Part shown: one piece after another, positions 1 through 11,024 of the stretch
Layout of the letters: the number at the start of each line of letters is the position of its first letter
Position numbering within the stretch: the stretch's first letter is position 1
Source of the DNA: Macrostomum lignano
Lineage: Eukaryota
Direction: 5' to 3'
Length of the DNA stretch: 64,000 nt
Assembly (NCBI GenBank): GCA_002269645.1
Contig: NIVC01000021.1
Span: 1-64,000 of the forward strand
Program-made: the position numbers and the translations under genes
The notes under the pieces: model-generated
Told to the model about the DNA's origin: nothing
The model's input: only the letters and a program-made list of their open reading frames with translations
Database searches by the model: none

Positions 1-603
1 AACAAAAAAGTTACTTAAAAACAACCGACTTTTCATGCCTGCTCTGCAGGCCACAGCCGCAAACTAAGACTCGTTAGAAATGTTTTAACATATCAGCAGC
101 AAATTGAGCCGCAGACCATAGATATGAGACCATGACCTGCAGAGCAGGCCATCCGCAGTCTTGGGGTTTTAAATTTGAGTTAAAAACAGACAGACTGAAG
201 TAAGAGGGGCTCAAAGACCGAACGGTTATATTTACGAGCTGTCAGTGGGGGAGGGGGGAGGGTTGCAAGATAAGACGGAGCGCGCGACTAAGGAAAGAGC
301 CGAGATGGGGAGCCAATCAGAAGACAGCGAGGGGAGAAAGAAAAACAAGGTTGAATTGGGCAGAGAGGGGCGAAAACAAGAGTAAACAGAGACGAGTGCA
401 TATGAACTAAGAAATGACAGCCGTGCGTCAGAGCGTACTCCCAGCTGGCGTACAAATCCATGTACTTGCTTCTGGACTCTCAGTGGTTTCTAATTGTACT
501 AAACGCTATGACGACAGGCTTGTAAACTACAATTCCTGAGGTAGATAAGTTCATTGCACCGCTATCCGTCGACCGATGTCGAATTGATGTAGGGGCTTCT
601 TAC

Positions 604-2196
604 CTGGGCAGGGAGAGGCTGTACCGGGCCCACGTGTACATGGAGTGCAGCCCGCCAGGCTGGAACAGATTGTGCAGTCCGGACAGGTTCGTCCAGGCCT
701 GCGAGCCCATGTGGCCGGCCAGGCTGAGCCCGATTCCGTCCACGCGATCCGCTGACATGAGGTTCGGAGTTCGAGTCCCCGGCTTGGCCAGATTGTCCAG
801 AGACAGACGGAAATTGTAGAGAATCTCGGCGGACGCCAGCAGCTTGTCGGGTAGCGAGTCTGGGGCGGGCGGGTGAAGTTCTGCATGGCTGCCTTGGCGA
901 CTGTAGTATTGCACTGTAGCCAAATGCTTATCTACATGTACATGTAAGCTGTCAGGGAGTTGTAGCCTAGTGGTTAGGGCGTCGGACTCACGACTGCAAG
1001 GTCATGGGGTTCGATTCTCGACCCACTGGAACAATTTGTGTCCTTAAGCAACACACTTAACTCTACATTGCTTGAGTTGGGTTGCTTTCACAACCGCGAA
1101 ACTTCACATCCGCTAAAAAGACTGCCGTATATGAAAGTAAGTGCAAAAATTTTAGCGTTAGTGAAGTTTAGCGGTTGTGAAATTTTGCGTTTGTGAAACT
1201 CACCCCTTTATTTCACCCAGGATTAAAATTATTGTACCAGCATTAGCTGGGGTAATTTGAGGGTCTGTGTGGCGACCCCCAGTCCTTGGACTGAACAGCC
1301 GTATGCAGCCTTTAGATGCGCTGCGCAATAGATGTGGCAGAGCTGTCGGTTGTACATTATCATACGCTCGTAAATATTATTTTAGCTTTGCAGTCAAACT
1401 CAAATTCATGTGCATGTAGGCCTAGGGGAAGTGCCCCATGAAGTTAAACCCAAGCCACGGGACCACAGTTGGAGTGACCCTAAACTGGAGTGGCCCCAGT
1501 TAGAGCGATCCTAAATTGGAGTGACCCCAGTTAGAGCGATCCTAAACTGGAGTGACCCCAGTTAGTAATCGTAAATCCTAAACTGGAGTGACCCTAAACT
1601 ATAGTGACCCCAGTTGGAGTGATCCTAAACTGGAGTGACCCCAGTTGGAGTGATCCTAAACTGGAGTGACCCCAGTTGGAGTGATCTTAAACTGGAGTGA
1701 CCCCAGTTGGAGTGATCCTAAACTGGAGTGACCCCAGTTGGAGTGACCCTTAAACTGGAGTGACCCCAGTTGGAGTGACCCTTAAACTGGAGTGACCCCA
1801 GTTAGAGTGACCCTAAACTGGAGTGACCCCAGTTAGTGATCCTAAACCCACCAGTCCAGCTGACAGCAAAGGCGCGGCAGCCGGTCCGGAAGCGCCAGTC
1901 CAGCGAGAACTCGCGCCAGTTGCAGGCACCGCTGCCTTCCTCAGTCGAGTGCGCGGCCACGCAGGCGGGCCGCCGGCGGCAGCGCAGCACGCAGGCCGCC
2001 TGAGCGCCTACATCCGACACAGGCCCAGCTCCAAGGCTGATCAGCTCCGTCGGTTGTCGAATGCCCACCTGCGGGCATTCGAGCTGGGCCTGTCGGTGGC
2101 GTGGAACTTCCAGCTGCATCAGCCCGAGGACGCCTGCAGGCGGCTGCCGCTGAAGTTGAGCAGCAGCCACACGGTAAGTCTGGCAAGCAGCTTCAT
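604..2196 (-). CDS. Secreted protein with PAN/apple-like Cys motif followed by a LamG-like region; exons 2196-1852 and 913-604, continuing leftward; one apparent 1-nt deletion at 2123-2125
   Basis: Signal-peptide-like MKLLARLTVWLLLNFSGSRLQA from ATG 2196 joins the 1802..2170 frame if one G is added to GGG. PAN-like ACVLRCRRRPACVAAH...C. Donor G|GTGGGT at 1852 and acceptor TACAG| at 913 are both phase 1. Donor AG|GTAAGA at 604. Confidence 0.55.
955..1360 (+). mobile_element. tRNA-derived SINE in an intron
   Basis: A box TAGCCTAGTGG (963-973) and B box GGTTCGATTC (~1008-1017), followed by TGTGTCCTTAAGCAACACACTTAAC and CACCCAGG...GTACC, which resemble conserved SINE body sequence. No acceptor stem or T-run terminator. 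3' end approximate. Confidence 0.7.
1079..1205. mobile_element. Small inverted-repeat element (MITE-like) interrupting the SINE body
   Basis: TTCACAACCGCGAAACTTCAC versus the reverse complement of GTGAAGTTTAGCGGTTGTGAA (20/21). Outer ends GGGTTGCTTTCAC / GTGAAACTCACCC. Confidence 0.45.
1462..1846. repeat. 31-bp minisatellite (GATCCTAAACTGGAGTGACCCCAGTTGGAGT), a dimer of 15/16-mers
   Basis: Period read directly (1621 to 1652). Starts about 5 nt from the minus-strand donor at 1851. Confidence 0.95.
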
Positions 2197-2444
2197 CACT
2201 CCGGATTGCAGCAGCAGCAAGTGAGCGGCAACTCCCCGAGCTGATGCCATTAAATAGAGTGAGCTATTTCCTACTGCAGAGACGCATCGTGGATTCACAG
2301 CCAGCGGCCCTGCTCTCAAGCTTTCAGCCAATAAAGTGGATTGAGCTCAACTGAGTGACTCAGGCCAGCTACTCGAGTTTACTTAGCAACACCTTCCCCA
2401 GCTTTATCCAGTCTGTCAATAAACTCAGACTGGGAGCTGACTCA

Positions 2445-3400
2445 GCTGAGGGATCAGGACTGGGAGCTGAGGGATCGTGAGCCGAGGGATCGGAAGCTGA
2501 GGGATCAGGTATCAGGATCGGGACTTGAGAGATCAGAATCGGTAGCTAAGGGATTAGGATCGGGAGTTAAGGGATCAGGGATCAGGACCGGGAGCTGAGG
2601 GATCAGGATCGGGAGCTAAGGGATCAGGGATCAGGACCGGGAGCTGAGAGATCAGGATCGGGAGCTGAGGGATCAGGATCGGGAGCTGAGAGATCAGGAT
2701 CGGGAGCTGAGAGATCAGGGATCAGGACCGGGAGCTGAGAGATCAGGATCGGGAGCTGAGGGATCAGGATCGGGAGCTGAGGGATCAGGATCGGGAGCTG
2801 AGAGATCAGGATCGGGAGCTGAGAGATCAGGATCGGGAGCTGAGAGATCAGGATCGGGAGCTGAGAGATCAGGATCGATAGCTGGGGGATCAGGATCGGG
2901 AGCTGAGAGATCAGGATCGGGAGCTGAGAGATCAGGATCGGGAGCTGGGGGATCAGGATCGGGAGCTGAGAGATCAGGATCGGGAGCTGGGGGATCAGGA
3001 TCGGGAGGCTGGGGATCAGGATCGGGAGCTGGGGGATCAGGATCGGTAGCTGAGGGACCATGATCGGGAGTTGAGGGATCAGGACCGGGAGCTGAGGGAT
3101 CAGGATCGGGAGATGGGGGATCAGGATCGGGAGCTGGGGGATCAGGATCGGGAGCTGGGGGATCAGGATCAGGAGCTGAGGGATCAGGATCGGGAGATAG
3201 GGGATCAGGATCGGGAGCTGGGGGATCAGGATCGGGAGCTGGGGGATCAGGATCGGGAGCTGGGGGATCAGGATCGGGAGCTGGGGGATCAGGATCGGGA
3301 GCTGAGGGATCAGGATCAGGAGCTGAGGGATCAGGATCGGGAGATGGGGATCAGGATCGGGAGCTGGGGGATCAGGATCGGGAGCTGGGGGATCAGGATG
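2445..3400. repeat. 21-bp minisatellite GGGATCAGGATCGGGAGCTGA, about 45 copies
   Basis: Direct reading. Explains ORFs 2624..3487 and 3071..3424. Confidence 0.97.
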
Positions 3401-4696
3401 GTTAATCTGGAATCTGAAAAATAAGGAAGTCGCGTACAATGAAAGCGGGCAGCCGATTCCACAATAAAGTAAGACACAGCAGTGCATCTACGAGTAGGAT
3501 GTACCTATATGCTTGTATTTGTTTGTACAGGTGTGCCTCGCTGATTCGCTAAGTAAATTTGAACAATTTTGACGCCAAAAAAAACTGTCAAATTAACACT
3601 TAATTTTTAAAAGAAATTTCGCAAGCAGTTTTATAAACAGAGAGACAGAGAATAAAAATGAGGAAAAGATGGAGACTGGAGCGCGAAAGTCAGAAAAATG
3701 ACGGATCCGAGAGCACACGCAGAGATAAGTGAGTCATTATTCATAGATAAGCAAAGTCTAAATATTCAAGATAAAAAATGTTGCGTTCAGCCAGTCAATT
3801 TAAACGATGATGCACTACTGCTAGTACTAAATAAGCAAATATTTTCACATAAAACTACAAAAAACTGCTGGATGAATTACGCACTGGCAGGGCTGTGCCC
3901 GAACTCTGTAAACTAGTAAGCGGCTGTTAAAGTCAGCAAAACAAAGAGTAATATTAACAATAGTAATAATAATAATAGTATTAACACGGATAGCAGCAGG
4001 AGGGAATCAATTCATCAACAGAAACCCAGCATGATCTGTATTGGTGTAGCCGGGATGTCAGGGGGGGGGGTTCGTCAAACAGAGGACGCAAGTAGTTAAG
4101 AAGACAAGGCCGCAAGTAGTGTGAGAGGCGAATAGACAGCAATATTTGCAGAATATAAATAATCAATAATTAATAAACGGAGCCACGATCCGGAGAGAAT
4201 AGAAAATGAAAACAGTAAAAGACGGCAGAGATTAGCAATCAACAGGTGAAAAGCAGAAGCCTGGCAGATGGGGGGGGGGCATCAGACAGAGCTGTCGCGC
4301 CTCACCCCGGGTCAATTCGGGTCAATCATCAAAAACAAAAATTGGGCCATAGCACCTCGAAGGGATCGGGGAACACACCAAAGTTCTGAGAGAGAGAAAA
4401 ACTCACGATGTCGCTAAGCCGCTCAGGTGAATAAATGAATGACAATTGCCAACAGCATAAATAATAATTTATGTAAGCATTGATTGATAGACCGCACAGA
4501 TGGCTTAAACAGGTCAGCTCAGCTCAAGATTTAAATAGAAAAAAGTGACAAGCAAGTCAAACTTCCATATTCCCCTTGGAGGATAAAACCGAGCCTTCTT
4601 ACCTGATCAGAGAAGCAATTAAAAACGCAATTAAACCCCCCCCCAAAAAACAACAAAAGGCCATTTAGAATTTCTCTAGATAAAATATCAAAGCAA

Positions 4697-6347
4697 TCAA
4701 AACGGAGCGATGAGCTCTCTGATAATATCCTGCAGTTTGCCCAGCACCTCCTGCCTCACGTGGCTGATGGCCGGCAGAATCCGGTCGATCTGCTGCTGCA
4801 GCTCCGGCACGAAGGCCTGCGCCTGGCCCTGCGACCGGTACAGGCCCTGCACCGCCTGCACCCGGTCCCGCAGCTGTTGGTGCGCCTCCTCCGGTGAGCA
4901 GGTCTCGATGCTCATCGCCAGGGCCACTTGCTGCACGTTTGCGGCCAGCTCGGCAGCCGACTGGGCGAGGTTTGGCCGCGCCTGCTGTTGCTGTTGCTGC
5001 TGTTGCTGGAGCTGCTGGAGCTGCGGCAACTGCTGCTGCTGTAGCTGGCGCTGCTGATGCTGCTGCGCGAGCTCCTGCAGGCTTGACAGCGATATGGGCA
5101 CCGCGCCCTGCGGCGTCACAGCCAGCAGAGCGATGGTGCCGGGCGGCAGGCAGGGCAGCAGGCTGCCGGGACCGCCGCTGACAGCCGGGGCGGCGGCTCC
5201 GCCCATCATGGGCAGCACATCGGCTGCTGCTGCTGCAGCTGGTACTGCGCTGGCAGCTGCTGCAGCTGCATCGGCTGCAGAAATTGCTGCTGCTGCTGAT
5301 GTTGCGAAACAATCATCATTGGCTGTTGCTGATGCAGGAGCTGCTGAGGCTGCTGCTGCTGCTGCAGCACTTCTTCCTGCTTGGGCTGCTTCACAACGGC
5401 GGACGGGACCGCCGCCGCCGCGCCCAGATTAGCGGTCTTCTTCAACTGCTTTGCGGCAGTCGGGGCCGAGGTGGAGGGCCTGTCGGCCTGCTGCTGGGCG
5501 GCTTTTGCAGTCTGCGCTTTCAGCTTCTCCTAGAATTTATTTTTCAGAGAAAAAAAATTGCAAAGCAACCTAAGAATTTGGAAGACTCTCATCAAAAATG
5601 TTGTTTGAACAGAGCTAATTTTCGCTGCGGGTAAATAGCCAGAGTAACTTCTACGTAACTGCCTCGCCAGCTAAATAGCATTGCCCCTACCGTGCTACTA
5701 TCAGTAAACAGCTTGTAAAAGTGAGCCAGAGTATCGCATAAATACACTGAACCAACCTGAAATGCGCGATAGGAATCGGTTTGCTTGTAAGCCGCCAGAT
5801 CCTTCTCGTACTGCTCCATGGCTTTCTTGTACAGCTCCGAGTAGCGCTCCTTCTCCTCCGTTGACAGATCCCGCCACTGCTGGGCCACCACTTTGATCTG
5901 GTCCCGGCCTTTCAGCTTCAGATCCGGCGTGTCCCGGATGTGCACCCCCAGCTGCTCCATGCGCTCCTTCACGAAGATGGTGTAGGCGGAGCGCGGGTTC
6001 AGCGGCTCCTGCGGGTCCCGGCGTGCTCGGCGGGAGCGCCGGCCGAAGCCGATCGGCTTTCGCTGCTTCGGCGGCCGGGCTGCGGCTGCGGCGTCGGCGG
6101 CGTCGGCGGCCCCCAAGTCGGAGGCGGGGCCCCCTGCGTCATCCTCGCTGACGGGCGCGCCGGCGCCGTTGCCGACTGCGGCGCCGCCGCGACCCGTCAC
6201 GTCCTCGATGATGCGCGTTAGAGACACTTTGGCTGCCGTCTTGTCTTCTGCTTCTGCTGCTGCTGTGAGTGCAGAGCGGCGCGGGAGCGCATCAATATTT
6301 TTGAGATTCGCTTTGAGAATTCTGGCAGTGCTGATGGAGCTCAGCAA
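4697..6347 (-). CDS. HMG-box protein, HMG20A/B (BRAF35)-like, with Gln-rich linker and helical C-terminus; exons ~6347-5758 and 5529-4697; apparent 1-nt deletion near 5220; true start uncertain
   Basis: PLNPRSAYTIFVKER...QWRDLSTEEKERYSELYKKAMEQYEKDLAAYKQTDSYRAF resembles the HMG20 box and its YxxELxxYQxTEAY tail. Phase-0 intron 5530-5757 (CAG|GTTGGT ... TTCTAG|GAG). Confidence 0.78.
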
Positions 6348-6770
6348 TCCCTCCCGTGAGTACTGGACCAGCTCAGCAATCCCTCCCCTGAGTACTGGAC
6401 CAGCTCAGCAATCCCTCCCCTGAGTGCTGGACCAGCTCAGCAATCCCTCCCCTGAGTACTGGAACAGCTCAGCCATTCTTCACTCACTGCTGGACATGCT
6501 TGGGCGCAACCTAGGGATTCACCCGGCCGTTTCTATTGGCAACACACACATGTAAGTCGCTATTGGACGGAATAGTAGTCACGTGACTGTTCTCAGCCAA
6601 TAGCGACTTACATGTGTGTGTTGCCAATAGAAACAGCCGAGTGATTCCCAAGGTTGCGCATGTATGCTGCTGGACCAGCTCAAATGCTTCACCAAGTGCT
6701 GGACCAGCTCAGATATGCTTCACCAAGTGCTGGACCAGCTCAGGGATGCTTCACTCACTGCTGGACCACA
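6340..6770. repeat. ~32-bp minisatellite (CTGGACCAGCTCAG core) split in two by a hairpin element
   Basis: Period 32 at 6361/6393. Related units resume at ~6665-6770. Confidence 0.85.
6504..6659. mobile_element. 156-bp hairpin/MITE-like element with 63-bp arms
   Basis: 6504-6566 versus the reverse complement of 6597-6659: 4 mismatches. The spacer contains the palindrome GTCACGTGAC. Confidence 0.75.
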
Positions 6771-8012
6771 TCATTGATATAAGTACATGCGCATAGTGTC
6801 ATAGAGTCAATCTACTTATGCACTGTTTAATTAAGTCCAATTATGTTGGCTGAGGTATCAGATAAGGGAGATTTGTACTTTTTTGTACAATTTTGACTTT
6901 TTACTTTAAATTAAATTTTATAGTTTAAAAGACCAATAGGCTTTTTATTCATTAAAAATGTTAAACACTGTCAGCCATAGTTATCAGCTTCTTTTCAAGC
7001 CTTTTTAGTTATTTTTGGTTTGTTTCAGTGTGTTTTTAAAAATAAAAATGCATTAAAGCTACATGAATTAGGCCTAAAGTATATTAGTCACATTTTTACA
7101 ATATGCTTTTTATTAAGTCAAGCTGGAAAAACTACTAGAATCAAAGGTAAAAAATTCAATATTATTTAATTTATCTAATTAGATCAAAGATAACTTGTAG
7201 AAACTATTGCAACATGTTAATGTTACTATTATCCCTCATCCCTTCAGTTAGGCTATAAGCAACTCATAGACATGTTTTTACCATAATACTATTATCATCC
7301 ATTTGCACTAATATACATTCAACTAAAAATAATTTAAAAAAAAACTACATTAGTACCTATAGGCCTAGTCCATAGGATATATGGTCATTTTATATGCCAC
7401 TTTTTATCTTATAAAGAGATATAATGCAAAATCATTTTTATGTATATAATTTTGTTTATCACAACATTTTAGAGAAATATAACAACCTATTATATAAGAT
7501 TTAAACATACAATAAGAAAAATCAAATTTTAAATATACTTTAAACAATTTATTTTAACTTTAATTGAATAATACATTAGTTTAAATGGATGATTAAGTTA
7601 TTAATGTTTTGTTAACTATTGATTATTTATATTATAGATACTTGATAGATTAGTTATTAAAGATAAAACATTAAGATATAAGAAAATTATTAGATTCACT
7701 TATCTTTTAACATTAGTAGAACTATAATAATAGTTGTCAGTTGTTAATATCATTAAAATGTTTATCTTTCTGTTATATTAATTAAGTCATTATTATTGAT
7801 ATTGTAGTTAATACTTTATAATATTTAAAATAGCAATTAAATTTGTATTATAAGCCAGAATGGAATCTTTGCATAGCAATTTTGGTATAAAAAGTAGCAA
7901 ACTATTTTTTCATAAGTTTTTAAACCTTAAAATATGCAAATTTTAAAAGGTACTTGATTTTTATAAGCATATTTTTATAGGTTTTCTTTTTCAACAAGAT
8001 AGACGGGATACC

Positions 8013-8490
8013 ATAGAAGCTTGAGAGATCTTTTTGGAAATGGTACAACACTCCGATTAGGATTGTCTTTCGCACTGCCAAGGTGGGTCAATTTGTCAGC
8101 AATCTCAAGTCCCGTGTTCCTCGTGCTCTAGTTGCAGGTGTCATCTATAAATTTTGTTGTTCTGAAGATCAGAATATCTCTTACGTGGGAAAAACCAAAA
8201 GACACCTGCACACCAGAGTTAGGGAGCATTGGCTGAAAAAATCTGCTATCCAGGACCACCTTCTGGAATGCAAGGGCTGCTGTGACAGAGAACAGATTGA
8301 ATTGTTTAAAATTATCGACTGTGTTAACTCTGAATTCAAGCTTAGCATTCTTGAAGCGCTGCACATCAAAGCTCAAAATCCCAGTCTCAATGTGCAATTG
8401 CTACATAGTGGTGCGGGCCACCTTCTTAGGGTGTTTTGAGTTTGACTATTTTTTGTTGCGCGTACATTTTGTTTTTTTTACATCTGTTTG

Positions 8491-8555
<65 letters not shown>

Positions 8556-8760
8556 ATTATTCTCGCTTAACTCCAACCCCTAGTTTTTTTATGTTTTTTG
8601 TACATTGGTTACCCTCCCATTTTCAATTTGACACTTGAGATAGTACAATCGTTTGCTCATTTATATTGAGTGTTTCGTTCAGTGATAAAATATACCCTGA
8701 CGACGGCCCTAGTGGGTTGAAACGCGTTGGTTTTCGCCTTAAATGTTGATCTTAAGCTTT
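8013..8760 (+). mobile_element. Penelope-like element A, 5'-truncated: GIY-YIG endonuclease (ORF 8083-8439), (CT)n tract, hammerhead
   Basis: VIYKFCC...SYVGKTKRHLHTRVREH...HLLEC...ILEALHIKAQNPSLNVQ is the typical PLE GIY-YIG C-terminus. (CT)~30 at 8494-8554. Confidence 0.9.
8694..8731 (+). ncRNA. Minimal type-I hammerhead ribozyme motif (GUU cleavage triplet)
   Basis: ACC-CUGACGA-C-GGCCC-UAGU-GGGUU-GAAA-CGCG-UU-GGU: core boxes, stem II (with G-U pairs), palindromic stem III, 3-bp stem I. Confidence 0.75.
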
Positions 8761-8790
8761 ATTTATTTGCTATTAATCAAGCGAGCAACT

Positions 8791-9750
8791 CTACCACAAA
8801 TGTTCATGAATTGGAGAGTTTCGTTGCCTATGTTCCTTGGCTCTCGTGAGTAGGTGTTGCTTGGTTTTACCAATGTAGGTAATGCTCTGGTCAACAGAGC
8901 AACGAAAACGATAGATGACACCTGCCTTGAGAGCACATGGAACACGAGACTTTAAACTCCCAACAAATTGACTGACTTTATGAGTACGGAACACTACATG
9001 AATCTTAGTCTTAAAGAATTTTTGGCAAGTTTTGCGAATTTGCCTCTTAAACACAATCGAAGAGTTGCCCAAAAAAGGAAGAGTCAAGATTGGTTCTCCT
9101 GGTTCTCTATCTGGCCGCTTAGGTTTAAGCTTTTTTTCAATTTTTTCATCTAAGAAATTACCAATAACCTTCATGATGTAGTTGATAGGGTATCCATTGG
9201 CAGTGAGAATATTGATAATGTTGGTAAACTCGTTGTGCAGCAACGACCAAGAGCAACATACTGTATAGGCACGATGAAGCAGACAACGAATGACTCCCGT
9301 CTTCCATTCCCTGGGGCACAACGCCTGGAAATTAAGCATCAAGTTAGTGAATGTGGGCTTGCGATACACTTCGGTCTCAATAGCGCAGTCCTTCAGATGG
9401 ATCTCGATGTCAAGAAACGGTAGTTTCTTTCCACCATATTCCACAGTGAATTTAATGTTAGGATGGGTGGCGTTTATTGTGTTGAAAAATTGCAGAAAGT
9501 CTTCCTCGTTATCAAAAATAGCGCATGTGTCATTGACATACCGTTTGTAAAATTTCGGAGCACAGCTTTTTTCCATCCAGGTTTTCTCCCAATGTGACAT
9601 GCAAACGTTAGCAAGAGTGGGGGCAAGAGAGCTGCCCATAGTGCAGCCGTCAATTTGCTGGAAGTACTTATCGCCGAATTGGAATATCCCAGACGTGGCA
9701 ATAACCAACAATTTCTTAAACACTTTCTCCGGGATTGGTGGCGCTGGGTG
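8791..9750 (-). pseudogene. PLE reverse transcriptase fragment, catalytically dead
   Basis: QIDGCTMGSSLAPTLAN, RYVNDT (YVDD mutated to YVND), LPFLDI, VYRKPT, VIYRFRC...YIGKT. Confidence 0.9.
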
Positions 9751-9786
9751 CAAGCGACACCTACTCACGAGAGCCAAGGAACATAG

Positions 9787-10569
9787 GGCTCATTCCATAT
9801 AAGCATGGTCGTAACATGACAGGTTATTTTTACTTATAAAATGAAATCTAATAATAGAATATACTAAACCAATATTTTAAATGAAAGATTATTTTGTCTA
9901 GAATATATTTATAGAGTTTCATATAGATATCATCATTAGTATAGATGCTATTAAACCTTAAATGACACTTATGGTCGTAACGACAGGATTTTTGACATAT
10001 AGAACCAAAAGGTAAAAGTCATAACATTTTTCATTTTTGATATTTTGCAATACATTTTTAAAATTTGACTAAGAACATCTTTAGAAATCATACTCTTTTA
10101 TTAGAATATATAAACTCAAAAGGCAACAAAGATACAAAAGAAAAGGCAGCCTTATGGTTGTAACATTATGGTCGTAACATATTTTTTTCTGTCAATTCAG
10201 TAACTTTGAGGTACTAATACATTAAAAATATAATAGATTATTTGGTCACCAATGCTTTTATCTGATGATGCAAGTACTATACTTTTATCTATAGTTTGTT
10301 TCAACCTTCAAAAGCTTTCTATTTGTTTTTAAAAGGTACAAAATCTTAATGATGTCTTTTGCTTTGAAAAATGTCCAAATTTTTACAAAAATGACTTTTT
10401 GCCAATTGATAACATACTAATCCAATATTTTACCATTCCTTTATTCTTAGATTGTATATATTGCACAATATAAACATTTGGTAAAAAAATAGGCTAATTA
10501 GGCAATGGCAAGCAAAAATATTGACTTTTTTCTATTTTCCAAATATGTCCATCTTATATGAAATGAGCC
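9787..10569. mobile_element. 783-bp non-autonomous TIR DNA transposon inserted into the PLE-B GIY-YIG
   Basis: TIRs GGCTCATTCCATATAAG / CTTATATGAAATGAGCC (16/17). ATAG on both flanks plus an extra CCATAG on the right. Internal TATGGTCGTAAC direct repeats. Removing it rejoins EHR|QRN. Confidence 0.85.
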
Positions 10570-10986
10570 ATAGCCATAGGCAACGAAACTCTCCGATTCA
10601 TGAACATTTGCTGCAATGCCATGGTTGTTATGATGAGCCAGACATAACCTCTCATTTCAAGGTCATAGACAACAGCAAAAATGAGCATAAACTTAACATT
10701 CTTGAAGCTCTGCACATTAAGTTACACAAACCCACTCTCAATGTCCAACTATCTGGAGGAGGTGCGAGTGAACAGCTGTTGGTGTTCTAAGCTAGAGTAC
10801 ATTTGGGGCGCATACGCCTCATTCTCTCTCTCTCTCTCTTTTTTTTCTCTGTCCTGTCATTCCACAAAAAATATTATGAACATTGCTATACTGTACATTG
10901 ATCCTTTAGTCCTTTTATATCTTTTCAATACCTGATTTTGTCGTCTACACAGTATTTAATAGGTTGAAATAAATTCTGTTCGATAG

Positions 10987-11024
10987 TGCCTGAAGATGGC
11001 TAGTTTTAGCCGAAACGCGTCGCA
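10987..11024 (+). ncRNA. Minimal type-I hammerhead ribozyme (GUC cleavage site after 11021)
   Basis: UGC-CUGAAGA-U-GGCUA-GUUU-UAGCC-GAAA-CGCG-UC-GCA: perfect stem II, palindromic stem III, stem I UGC/GCA. Confidence 0.9.

Noticed and set aside
955-1030. Functional tRNA gene
   Set aside because: A and B boxes are present, but the acceptor stem does not pair, there is no T-run terminator, and the sequence continues into a SINE body.
4710-5634. Plus-strand ORFs overlapping the HMG gene (and similar antisense ORFs over the GPCR and ATG3)
   Set aside because: Shadow ORFs expected opposite GC3-rich coding sequence.
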